NCBI GenBank assembly: GCA_029939575.1
Contig: JAOZSR010000007.1
Span: forward strand, 2,092 to 66,091
DNA from: Fidelibacterota bacterium
Lineage (GTDB): Bacteria; Fidelibacterota; UBA2242; JAOZSR01
Direction: 5' to 3'
DNA length: 64,000 bases
The position numbers and the translations under genes were made by a program. Shown one piece after another: positions 1 to 8,139 of the stretch; position 1 is the stretch's first letter, and every line of letters starts with the position of its first letter. The notes below the pieces were generated by a model. That model made no database searches. It worked only from the letters and a program-made list of their open reading frames with translations, and was not told the DNA's origin.

Positions 1-945
1 TTTCTGCTTAATAAGCGGTGCCATATTCCATCGATTTTCATATCCTTTCCACCCATTCTTGAAATCTCCTTTAAGCAAATCCAGGAGCGATTTAGAAAAC
101 TTTGCCTCAATAAAATTTTTATCAAGTCTAAGGGCATTATCAAATTGCTTCTCTGCTTCTTTAAATTTACCCTGTAATTTCAAGATATTGCCTAAACTAT
201 TATATAAGCGTAGGTTTTGCTTATCTTTTTCCAGACCAGTTAAAAATTTATTTTCCGCTTCTTCGTAAAAACCGTTTTTCCGTAATAATAAACCTAGACT
301 GTTATAAACTTCAGAAAATCCGGGATTAATAGCTAATGCTTTATTGTAATATTTAATAGCCTGATGAAAATTATCCATTTTATCATAGGCAATTGCAGTT
401 GCTAATATTGATTCAAAAAAATCCGGTTTTATCTGTAAAGCCAGGTTAAAACATTTGAGAGCCGCTGGAATTTTATTAATCTGGAAAAGTGTTTGCCCGA
501 GATAAAAATACAAATCTTCTTTCCGGGGAAATTGTTTGATAGCATTTTGAAAAACCATAATCGCATCCCTAATCTTCCCGGATTCTTTGAGGGCCAAACC
601 TAAATCCCGATAAAAACCAAAATTTCCCGGATCAATTTTTAAGGCCTCTGAAAAATGTTCAATCGACTCAGATATCCGACCATTATTTTTTAGAAATATT
701 GCATATGAATGGTATAATAAGGATGATTTATTATTTTTAATTGCAAATCCATATAAAATTTCAGCAGAAGCAATATCTTTGTTTTTGATAAACTCATCAC
801 ATTGTTTTATAAAAAATTCATCGTCGATAGATATTTTGATATCTTTCTCTAATAATTTTTGCAGGAATGATTTTCCAATATTATACTTTTTATTGTTTAA
901 AAAATTTATCGCCTTTAGAATATCTTGATTATTAATACCTTGCAT
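1..945 (-). CDS. TPR-repeat protein with OGT/SPY-like C-terminal region (partial; C-terminus runs off window start)
   Basis: Reverse-strand translation from ATG at 943-945 gives MQGINNQDILKAIN followed by repeated TPR-like 34-aa units (AIKYYNKALAINPGFSEVYNSLG...). It ends in GDFKNGWKGYENRWN, which is typical of the TPR-to-glycosyltransferase linker in GT41-like proteins. No stop before position 1. Confidence 0.6.
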   Translation of the reverse strand, partial: MQGINNQDILKAINFLNNKKYNIGKSFLQKLLEKDIKISIDDEFFIKQCDEFIKNKDIASAEILYGFAIKNNKSSLLYHSYAIFLKNNGRISESIEHFSEALKIDPGNFGFYRDLGLALKESGKIRDAIMVFQNAIKQFPRKEDLYFYLGQTLFQINKIPAALKCFNLALQIKPDFFESILATAIAYDKMDNFHQAIKYYNKALAINPGFSEVYNSLGLLLRKNGFYEEAENKFLTGLEKDKQNLRLYNSLGNILKLQGKFKEAEKQFDNALRLDKNFIEAKFSKSLLDLLKGDFKNGWKGYENRWNMAPLIKQK

Positions 946-1250
946 TGTTTTTCCCTTAAAATAGCATTTAAATTATATTAGATAGTTTAAATCAAAATAT
1001 CAATCTAAATTCCTAATTATTTTCAATAAACATGCCTTTTTTTTCATTACTATATTTTATTGAATTTTTCTAAACACCATGGAATATTAACATATTATTG
1101 CGTTCTTCTTTGATTATTACAGTTAATTCAAGGTATATATACAGATATCCCGTTTTATATGTATTGTAATAGATTTCTATCAAGTTTTACGAAAATTTCA
1201 AGAATTTAATTTCACTACTATTGAAAAACTGACCCATATCTCTGTAATAA

Positions 1251-1278
1251 TAAACATTTTTTATTTAATTACCGATAT
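1251..1278 (+). promoter_or_regulatory. putative sigma28 (FliA/SigD-type) promoter for flagellin: TAAA (1251-1254), 16-nt spacer, ACCGATAT (1271-1278)
   Basis: Matches the TAAA-N15-GCCGATAT class III flagellar promoter consensus in 7/8 positions of the -10 box. Lies about 110 nt upstream of the flagellin start. Confidence 0.35.
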
Positions 1279-1390
1279 TCGTGGTGAGAAGTTTTTTGAA
1301 AATGAATTAGGATTATCGGCCGAATCTATATTCAAAGAGTAAATTAAACAAAGGGCGATGGATGCCCAAAAAACACACGGAGGTTTTATT

Positions 1391-2212
1391 ATGAGTAATC
1401 TAACGAGGATTGCTTCCAACACACAAGCTGCTTTCTCATTGCAAGCATTTAGCAAAGTCAATAACAAAATGGCTAAGCATCAATTAAGATTGGCAACCGG
1501 AAAAAAAATCAACTCTACTGAAGATGATCCGGCAGGCTATGCCTTGGCAAAAAGCCTGGAAAGTAGAAAACGTGGTCTTGATGTAGCTCTTCAAAACGTC
1601 AGCAATTCCAAAAATGTATTAAACATTGCTGAAGGTGGATATCAAAATGTTATGGATATTCTCCAAACCGTAAAAGAGAAAGCTACACAAGCCGCAGACT
1701 ATTCGTTAAATACATCTCAAAGATCAGCACTAAATAGTCAGGTTTCTGCATTAATCAATGAAATTGATGATATTGTAAGTGAAACAACATTTAATGGAGA
1801 CCAATTAATCGATGGTGGGTACAGTGGAAGTTTCCATACTGGTGAAGGATCTTCAGATACTTTAGCAGTTTCAATCCAGGATGCTGATTCTGCTGCACTT
1901 TCAATAAATAGTATTAGTTTGGCAAATTCCACAAGTGCTGCATCTGCAATTAGTACTGTTGATACTGCTATCGACAAATTATCGGGGTACATTCAGGATG
2001 TAGGAGAGTACAAAGTAAGATTATCATCCAAAGAACAAACTTTATCTGTCGCTTCAACAAATACTGAAGCTGTTAGGAGTTCTATTGAGGATGCTGATTT
2101 TGCCAAGGAGCAAATGGAAATCATGAAACTACAGATTTTGCAACAGACATCTGTATCATCATTTGCCCAGGCAAATTCGTCACCTCAGGTAGTATTATCT
2201 CTCTTCGGATAA
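1391..2212 (+). CDS. fliC: flagellin (short, 273 aa; conserved N- and C-terminal flagellin domains)
   Basis: N-terminus IASNTQAAFSLQAF...AGYALAKSLESRKRGLDVALQNVSNSKNVLNIAEGG and C-terminus DADFAKEQMEIMKLQILQQTSVSSFAQANSSPQVVLSLFG match the flagellin D0/D1 helices. A GGAGG RBS sits 7 nt upstream of ATG 1391; the ORF track start at 1358 is an upstream in-frame ATG. Confidence 0.9.
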   Translation: MSNLTRIASNTQAAFSLQAFSKVNNKMAKHQLRLATGKKINSTEDDPAGYALAKSLESRKRGLDVALQNVSNSKNVLNIAEGGYQNVMDILQTVKEKATQAADYSLNTSQRSALNSQVSALINEIDDIVSETTFNGDQLIDGGYSGSFHTGEGSSDTLAVSIQDADSAALSINSISLANSTSAASAISTVDTAIDKLSGYIQDVGEYKVRLSSKEQTLSVASTNTEAVRSSIEDADFAKEQMEIMKLQILQQTSVSSFAQANSSPQVVLSLFG

Positions 2213-2229
2213 AACTGGTAATTTTGATT

Positions 2230-2255
2230 AGGAGCGGGAAATTAATTCCGCTCCT
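2230..2255 (+). terminator. rho-independent terminator after flagellin (8-bp stem AGGAGCGG / CCGCTCCT, 10-nt loop)
   Basis: Perfect inverted repeat 2230-2237 / 2248-2255, 18 nt downstream of the flagellin stop. Confidence 0.5.
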
Positions 2256-2356
2256 GGTTAATTGACAAAGGAGTTTTATCATGAAAGGAAAGGGAAAATA
2301 TGAAATTAATTTCCAATGGCATAGTAATTGAAACAAAAGCGATGGAGTAAATAGTA

Positions 2357-2692
2357 ATGTTAATGAGTAATTTTATGCAAAGACAACGATTCGTACAAAA
2401 ACAAAATCCATACTTAGTTCAAAAGGTTCTCAGCGCCAGTCCAGAACAATTGATTATGTATATTTATGACGCAGCAATTGTAGCTTGTGCCAGAAAAGAC
2501 CAGGGAAAAGCAGCACAGGCAATGCAAGAACTCATCAATGCTTTAAATTTTGATGAACGAAAAATTGCCACTACTTTTTATAACATGTATCAATTCATAC
2601 TTTCTCAAATTCATAAAAAAAATTATGAAGATGCAAAAAAAATGATTAAAGAAATTCGGGAAACATGGGCAAAAGCCATGAATCTCACATAA
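2357..2692 (+). CDS. fliS: flagellar export chaperone FliS
   Basis: Motifs QNPYLVQKVLSASPEQLIMYIYDAA and ELINALNFDE fit the FliS family pattern (NPY...TASPeqL..mLYdga...L). GGAG RBS 10 nt upstream. Confidence 0.75.
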   Translation: MLMSNFMQRQRFVQKQNPYLVQKVLSASPEQLIMYIYDAAIVACARKDQGKAAQAMQELINALNFDERKIATTFYNMYQFILSQIHKKNYEDAKKMIKEIRETWAKAMNLT

Positions 2693-2702
2693 GGAAATAA
2701 AA

Positions 2703-4199
2703 ATGTCAATCTCAAGTTCATCGGTTCTTAGCGGCGGTCAATCACAAGTAGACTATTATGTCGAACAGATGATGATTTATGAGAGTCAACCGAAATATGA
2801 GTTACTCGATAAAAAATCATCACTGAATAGTAAAAGGAAAGTTTTATCCAATCTTGATTCAAAACTTTCTGCTTTACAAACTAAATCTGAACGCTTTATT
2901 GACCCAATTACTGACTATTTTTCATACAGAATTGCTTCAAGTAGTGATTCTGAGAAATTTAGTGTTAGTGCGGATTCCGGTGCACCAATTGGTAATCATT
3001 CAATTTCTGTAAACAGATTGGCAGCTTCAGATACTCGTGTTTCAAAAACTTTTACTAATACAAATTCTGATTTTACAGGTATTTCCGAAGATCAAACTTT
3101 TTCTATTGAAGTAGCACACCCAACTGATGATGATGATTCAAACAGAGAATCTATTAGCGTGACAGTCTCTGCTTCTACTTTCTCAGGAACAAATGATGAT
3201 GTGTTAAAAGGAATAGTTGATGCCATAAACAGTGCAATGTCTTCGGCACAAGGCAATGAAACTATTGATAATGATGAAGTAGCCCATGCATCAGTTGTGG
3301 AAGAAGTAGATGGAGAATCAAGAATTATTTTACGTAGTGGTCAATCTGGATATACTTACAGAATGGACTTCACTGACAGTGCCGATACCTTGTTAAATAC
3401 ACTTGAATTAAATTCAACATCCCAGGCAGCCGGAAGTTCAGGTGGGTATATCACTTCTGTTGGAACAAGTGCAAGTAACAGTAGTCTTAATAACCAATTA
3501 ACAGTTGATGGATTAACTTTTTATAGAGACAGTAATACAATAGAAGATATTTTTGATAATATTACAATAGATCTTCTGGATACTTTTTCAACAACAGAAA
3601 ATATGACTATAAGCACTGATGTTGATTCTGTTAAAAATGAGGTTCAGGAATTCTTAACATCATACAACGAAGCAATTTCCTTTCTAAGAGAAAATGCACA
3701 AATAAATACCACTACATACAAAAGTGGTGCTTTATCAAGTGATTTAACTTACAGATCAATTGGAAATGATCTTCGTTCTATCCTCCAGGGTAGTGTTGAT
3801 TCTGTTACAAATTCCAACTATTCAAAACTTTTCAATATTGGAATTGAATTTGATTCTGAAGGGAAATTGTCAATCTCTGATACAAGCAAATTTGAAAATG
3901 CAGTAAAAGCAAATTCAATATATGTATCTGATATTTTTAATAGTGATGAAGGTTTTGCAAACCAAATAAATGACTATCTTGATAATTATGTTAAAACCGG
4001 CGGTACAATAGATTCAAGTAAATCTAATCTCGATGAACAGATATTACAATTAGATAGCAGATTAACTTTAATGGATGATATGTTAGCAAAAAAAGAAACA
4101 CAATTAAGAAGTGAAATGACTGAATTACAAAGAATGATGGTGGAATTAACAAATCAACAGCAATTTTTTTCTAATTTCACTTCCATGTATGGAAATTGA
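2703..4199 (+). CDS. fliD: flagellar filament cap protein FliD
   Basis: 498 aa. The N-terminal coiled-coil segment with LDKKSSLNSKRKVLSNLDSKLSALQT and the C-terminal TELQRMMVELTNQQQFF are typical of FliD. Sits next to flagellin and flaG. Confidence 0.85.
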   Translation: MSISSSSVLSGGQSQVDYYVEQMMIYESQPKYELLDKKSSLNSKRKVLSNLDSKLSALQTKSERFIDPITDYFSYRIASSSDSEKFSVSADSGAPIGNHSISVNRLAASDTRVSKTFTNTNSDFTGISEDQTFSIEVAHPTDDDDSNRESISVTVSASTFSGTNDDVLKGIVDAINSAMSSAQGNETIDNDEVAHASVVEEVDGESRIILRSGQSGYTYRMDFTDSADTLLNTLELNSTSQAAGSSGGYITSVGTSASNSSLNNQLTVDGLTFYRDSNTIEDIFDNITIDLLDTFSTTENMTISTDVDSVKNEVQEFLTSYNEAISFLRENAQINTTTYKSGALSSDLTYRSIGNDLRSILQGSVDSVTNSNYSKLFNIGIEFDSEGKLSISDTSKFENAVKANSIYVSDIFNSDEGFANQINDYLDNYVKTGGTIDSSKSNLDEQILQLDSRLTLMDDMLAKKETQLRSEMTELQRMMVELTNQQQFFSNFTSMYGN

Positions 4200-4214
4200 T
4201 AAAAAATAGGTGAC

Positions 4215-4643
4215 GTGATGGAAAATATTAATTACATAAATGCTGGAAATTCTTTGGAAACAAGCCAAATTTCTCAAGTTCTGAGTAAAGAATCTCAGCA
4301 GCGACAAGTACAGAAAGAAATGTCTGTACAGGAGAATATTTCCATACAGGAAAAAATAATCCAGCGAACAAAAAAAATTGATGAATCAAAAGAGACCGGA
4401 AAAAAATTAAAAGTAGATGAAAATGTTGATATAACAAAATTAATCAGTAAAGTAAATGATTTTGTTCAGTCGGTAAGTACAAAAATTTCTTTTACTTATG
4501 ATGAGGAATCAGACATTCCAATTATCAAGGTTATTGATAAAGAAACTGATAATGTGGTTCGACAAATACCACCAAAAGAAATGATTGAATTATCAAAAAA
4601 AATGGACGAACTAACTGGTATAATCTATAGGGGAACAGCATAA
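4215..4643 (+). CDS. flaG: FlaG-family flagellar protein
   Basis: C-terminal block ISFTYDEESDIPIIKVIDKETDNVVRQIPPKEMIELSKKMDELTGII matches the FlaG signature (vkViD.eT.evIRqIPpee.l.l). Confidence 0.6.
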   Translation: MMENINYINAGNSLETSQISQVLSKESQQRQVQKEMSVQENISIQEKIIQRTKKIDESKETGKKLKVDENVDITKLISKVNDFVQSVSTKISFTYDEESDIPIIKVIDKETDNVVRQIPPKEMIELSKKMDELTGIIYRGTA

Positions 4644-4644
4644 T

Positions 4645-5067
4645 ATGAATGCAAATCAAAACATTTCAAATCAAATTCAAGATATTTTAAACAAAGAACT
4701 GGAGTGTTTTAATAATCTGCTTGATCAATCACAGGAATTAATAGAAAATTCTGAATCAGTATCTCTGGATTCTGTAAGGAACCTTTTAAAAGCCAGAAAA
4801 CATTGGATCGAAATATTACAAAAACTGGAAGGCAAGAAAAAGAATTTTATTATTAATAACAACCAATTTGATAAGGTAATTAAAGAAATTTCCCAAATTG
4901 CCAGAACTTTAGTTGCAATAGATGCAAAAATTTTAGATATTTTGCATATGAAAAGATTAGAACTTGTTAAAGATTTTTCAAATATAACCGATAATAAAAT
5001 CAGAAATAGTAAATTTTGTTCTTTAAATCAAGAGAACGCAAAAATTATTGATATAATACAGGAGTAA
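4645..5067 (+). CDS. hypothetical small helical protein in flagellar operon (possible FliT/FlgN-like chaperone)
   Basis: 140 aa with no recognisable catalytic motif. Called from position only; it is translationally coupled to flaG (the stop overlaps the start region). Confidence 0.3.
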   Translation: MNANQNISNQIQDILNKELECFNNLLDQSQELIENSESVSLDSVRNLLKARKHWIEILQKLEGKKKNFIINNNQFDKVIKEISQIARTLVAIDAKILDILHMKRLELVKDFSNITDNKIRNSKFCSLNQENAKIIDIIQE

Positions 5068-5070
5068 AAA

Positions 5071-5553
5071 ATGTCCATTATAAAGGGCTTATCAGGTTTA
5101 TCAAATGAGTTTCTAAAACTTAATGATGACAAAAAAACAAAAAAAGCAGAAAGCCCTGCAAAGTCGAATATTACTCTGGCAAAAAGTAATAGTTCTTCTA
5201 ACTTGGGCAAAGATAGCGTTAAGATTTCCTCTACAGGAAAAGACATGCTTGAGCAACAAAAGCAGGTTGAAATGTATGAAGAAAACTTAAAGCAAATCCA
5301 AACCCTTGGCAAAAAAGAACTCCTGAATGTTCACAATAAAATTAGTTCAAACTACTATTCTAAACCTGAAGTGTTAGCAAAAATCGTTGAAAATATCATA
5401 CCTCAGAATATTGAAGATTTCGAAGCTGTAGAAGAATCTGCAACGCCAGAAAAATTCAACAAAATCCAGGAAAATATCGCAAATAAGGTGTATGACAGTG
5501 ACGAAGTAATCGACGTTATTGCTGACAAATTACTGAATTCAGAGCCTAGTTAA
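5071..5553 (+). CDS. FlgM-like anti-sigma-28 factor with extended Lys/Ser-rich N-terminus
   Basis: The C-terminus KFNKIQENIANKVYDSDEVIDVIADKLL resembles the FlgM C-terminal sigma28-binding helix pattern (I..AI.nG.Y.vD...IADkLL). The N-terminal 100 aa look low-complexity/disordered, as FlgM is. Confidence 0.4.
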   Translation: MSIIKGLSGLSNEFLKLNDDKKTKKAESPAKSNITLAKSNSSSNLGKDSVKISSTGKDMLEQQKQVEMYEENLKQIQTLGKKELLNVHNKISSNYYSKPEVLAKIVENIIPQNIEDFEAVEESATPEKFNKIQENIANKVYDSDEVIDVIADKLLNSEPS

Positions 5554-5595
5554 ACAACTTTGACATTGAATTGAACTGAACTATTAAAAATAAAT

Positions 5596-5617
5596 ATGCC
5601 GGAATTAACTCCGGCAT
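5596..5617. terminator. bidirectional rho-independent terminator between convergent operons (stem ATGCCGGA / TCCGGCAT, 6-nt loop)
   Basis: Perfect 8-bp inverted repeat between the + strand flgM-like stop (5553) and the - strand GT stop (5665). Confidence 0.5.
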
Positions 5618-5664
5618 ATACCAATAATTAGATTAAATTATAGGAAAACTATTATTCAGAAATC

Positions 5665-7029
5665 CTATAATTTTTTGTACTCTTCAAATAATCTCATTGC
5701 GTTCTCATTATCCCCAATACTACCATATAATCCAATAATTTTCTTTAAAGTATTTTTATCCTTAGGATTTTTCTTCATAATTATTTGAAATACTTTTATA
5801 GCAGTCTTAAACTCTAATTTTTTAATTAATAAAATTCCTAATGAATTTAAAATTTGACATTCAGAATCATCCGGTTTTTCCAAATTTTCAAGATATTGTT
5901 CCAATTGTTGAATGTTGCCTGAATTAGTGTAAATCTTAATAATTTTATTTAGATTTTGATTAGATGATTGTGCATTACCTGGTAAATTCAAACATTTAAG
6001 AGATAAATCATTTTTTCCAAGTTTTTGATAAATACCGCTTAATACTTCTCTTAATTTTTCTTCTTTAATTAAAACATCACTGGAAATTGTTTTTTTAGAT
6101 TTTTGGACAACTTTTGTCATTTCAATCATTTTCTCAAGTTGCCTGGCAGCTTCTGCATAATCTTTTGTTTCATTAGCAATTTTGTATTGCATAAAATATG
6201 CACCGGATTGAACAGGTTTTATCCTGATACTCTCTAAAAAATTATTCCTTGCCTCATCATATTTTTTAACTTTAAATAAACATTCTCCCATTGTATTTAA
6301 TAGGGACGCCAGCATGCTTTTATTAAACTGTTTCTTTAATTTATAAGCAGTTTTATAATGGAATATTGCCTCATCATACTTCTCTAATAATCCAAGATTC
6401 TGGGCTAAAGTATAATGAGCGTATGCATTATTTGGATCTTCATCAACCATTTTTTCCAATAACGGCTGGTTTCGCATATTTTTTTTTCTTGCTGTTTCCG
6501 GATCATATCCATATCCAAGATGTAATAAAAAAACATCAGAGTCACGTTCTTCACCTTTTAGGCGGGCAGCACTATTTGAAATTTGTTCATGCACCCTCCC
6601 ATTAAAATTAATACCTCTGTGATTATTAAAAAGCCGATGTGCATCTGATAACATAAAATGCTGCCCACCGGGTTTTAAATTTTTAATGTGAATATTATAA
6701 ATTACCGGCTTTTTTTCAAATCGTAGTAATTTTTTTAATCGTGGAATTGAACCCGGAATTAATCTTTCATCGGCATCCAGCCAAAAAATCCAATCTTTTT
6801 TTGCGTATTTTATTGATTCATTTCTGGCTGCAGAAAAATCATCAATCCATTTAAAATTATGAATCTCTGCATTAAATTTTTTAGCAATTTCAATAGTATT
6901 ATCGGTAGATCCTGTATCAATTACTATGATTTGATCTGCAATATTTTTAATACTTTCCAAGCATTCTTCAAATACATCCTCTTCATTTTTTACTATTATA
7001 CAGACTGAAAGAGAACCGGGTTTTTTCAT
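5665..7029 (-). CDS. GT2-family glycosyltransferase fused to C-terminal TPR repeats
   Basis: N-terminus SVCIIVKNEEDVFEECLESI...IVIDTGSTDNT...DDFSAARNES...WLDADE is the GT-A (GT2) fold with its DxD motif. The C-terminal half is TPR-like helical repeats. Confidence 0.7.
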   Translation of the reverse strand: MKKPGSLSVCIIVKNEEDVFEECLESIKNIADQIIVIDTGSTDNTIEIAKKFNAEIHNFKWIDDFSAARNESIKYAKKDWIFWLDADERLIPGSIPRLKKLLRFEKKPVIYNIHIKNLKPGGQHFMLSDAHRLFNNHRGINFNGRVHEQISNSAARLKGEERDSDVFLLHLGYGYDPETARKKNMRNQPLLEKMVDEDPNNAYAHYTLAQNLGLLEKYDEAIFHYKTAYKLKKQFNKSMLASLLNTMGECLFKVKKYDEARNNFLESIRIKPVQSGAYFMQYKIANETKDYAEAARQLEKMIEMTKVVQKSKKTISSDVLIKEEKLREVLSGIYQKLGKNDLSLKCLNLPGNAQSSNQNLNKIIKIYTNSGNIQQLEQYLENLEKPDDSECQILNSLGILLIKKLEFKTAIKVFQIIMKKNPKDKNTLKKIIGLYGSIGDNENAMRLFEEYKKL

Positions 7030-7083
7030 CCAATTTTTCCTATTTTTTTATCTGATATTTCTCTGAAATAATTAATGTTCTAA

Positions 7084-8076
7084 TCAATATTTTAACTGTG
7101 GTGCCGCTTGTTCCAGCGCAATTAGTAATTTTTCAATATCTTTCAAATCAATTGCATCTGTTTCTGATTCTAATAATTTTTTGAAAGCATTATATGCAAT
7201 TTCAATTTGGCCTAAATATGTGCATGAAATAGCATATATATATTTTGAGATATCATTATTTTTATTGTAACTAATACTGTTCTGAGCATATTCCAGTGCT
7301 TCTTTATAATTATTTTCGCCTAATCCAATTTGGGCTAATCTCATAAATATTATATCAAGAATATTTACAGGTAACTGTTTCCTTTTATCATTTATGGATA
7401 ATGCTAATAAAAGATGTTTTTTTGAATTATTAATATCGTCAAGAACTTTATAAGTTTCTCCGAGTTTAAAATTTATATAACTATCATCAGGATTTTCTTC
7501 TATGGCTTTTAAAATTATTGGAAGATTTCTTTGTGCTTTTTCAATATTTTTTTCCATGTAACCATAATGATTAATAATAATCTCTGATTTTAGAACGATT
7601 CCCCGGTTTTGTTCAATTGAATTTCCAATTTGTTCATGAATCCGGTTTTGATACCGGAATTCCGGTTTATTTCGGAATAAACGCACTTGCAAATCTTCAG
7701 TATATTTTTCAAAACTCCCTTTTGCAGCAAAATTTCTGACACCAATAAAAAAACCATCAACTTGATTATTCTTTATAATTTCTTTTATACTATTTTTATG
7801 CAATTCGTCGATTTCTTCATCGGCATCCAAATGCAAAATCCAATTGTATTTTGCTTTATCCAAAGCCTCATTACGAGCTGCAGAAAAATCATCAATCCAT
7901 GTAAAATCATATATTTCAGCGCCATATTTGCTGGCGATTGTTTTTGTTTCATCGTCAGAACCACTATCTAAAATTATTATTTCATCTACAATTCCATTTA
8001 CACTTTTTAAACACCTATCCAAAACATTGGCTTCATTTTTTACAATCATGCAAAGAGAAATTTTAAAATTTTCCAT
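7084..8076 (-). CDS. GT2-family glycosyltransferase with TPR repeats (paralog of 5665-7029)
   Basis: SLCMIVKNEANVLDRCLKSV...ILDSGSDDETK...DDFSAARNEA...HLDADEE is almost collinear with the N-terminus of the neighbouring gene. Confidence 0.7.
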   Translation of the reverse strand: MENFKISLCMIVKNEANVLDRCLKSVNGIVDEIIILDSGSDDETKTIASKYGAEIYDFTWIDDFSAARNEALDKAKYNWILHLDADEEIDELHKNSIKEIIKNNQVDGFFIGVRNFAAKGSFEKYTEDLQVRLFRNKPEFRYQNRIHEQIGNSIEQNRGIVLKSEIIINHYGYMEKNIEKAQRNLPIILKAIEENPDDSYINFKLGETYKVLDDINNSKKHLLLALSINDKRKQLPVNILDIIFMRLAQIGLGENNYKEALEYAQNSISYNKNNDISKYIYAISCTYLGQIEIAYNAFKKLLESETDAIDLKDIEKLLIALEQAAPQLKY

Positions 8077-8139
8077 AATTCATTCTAATTCTTTTATTTA
8101 AACGAAGTTATTACCCCAAATAATGATAAATTCCCAATC

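Noticed and set aside
59-268. + strand 69-aa ORF
   Set aside because: Lies antisense inside the TPR/OGT-like gene (1-945, - strand). Low-complexity translation with no RBS; a shadow ORF.
1319-1326. Second sigma28 -10-like box GCCGAATC
   Set aside because: No TAAA at the right spacing upstream. The 1251/1271 pair fits the consensus better.
1358-1390. Upstream ATG start for flagellin (MDAQKTHGGFI...)
   Set aside because: The GGAGG RBS is correctly spaced for ATG 1391, and the N-terminus MSNLTRIASNTQ matches flagellin N-termini. The 1358 start has no RBS.
2281-2356. Tiny ORFs (16 aa MKGKGKYEINFQWHSN; 15 aa MKLISNGIVIETKAME) between the flagellin terminator and fliS
   Set aside because: Too short and low-complexity to call. 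Could be a leader peptide, but there is no supporting evidence.
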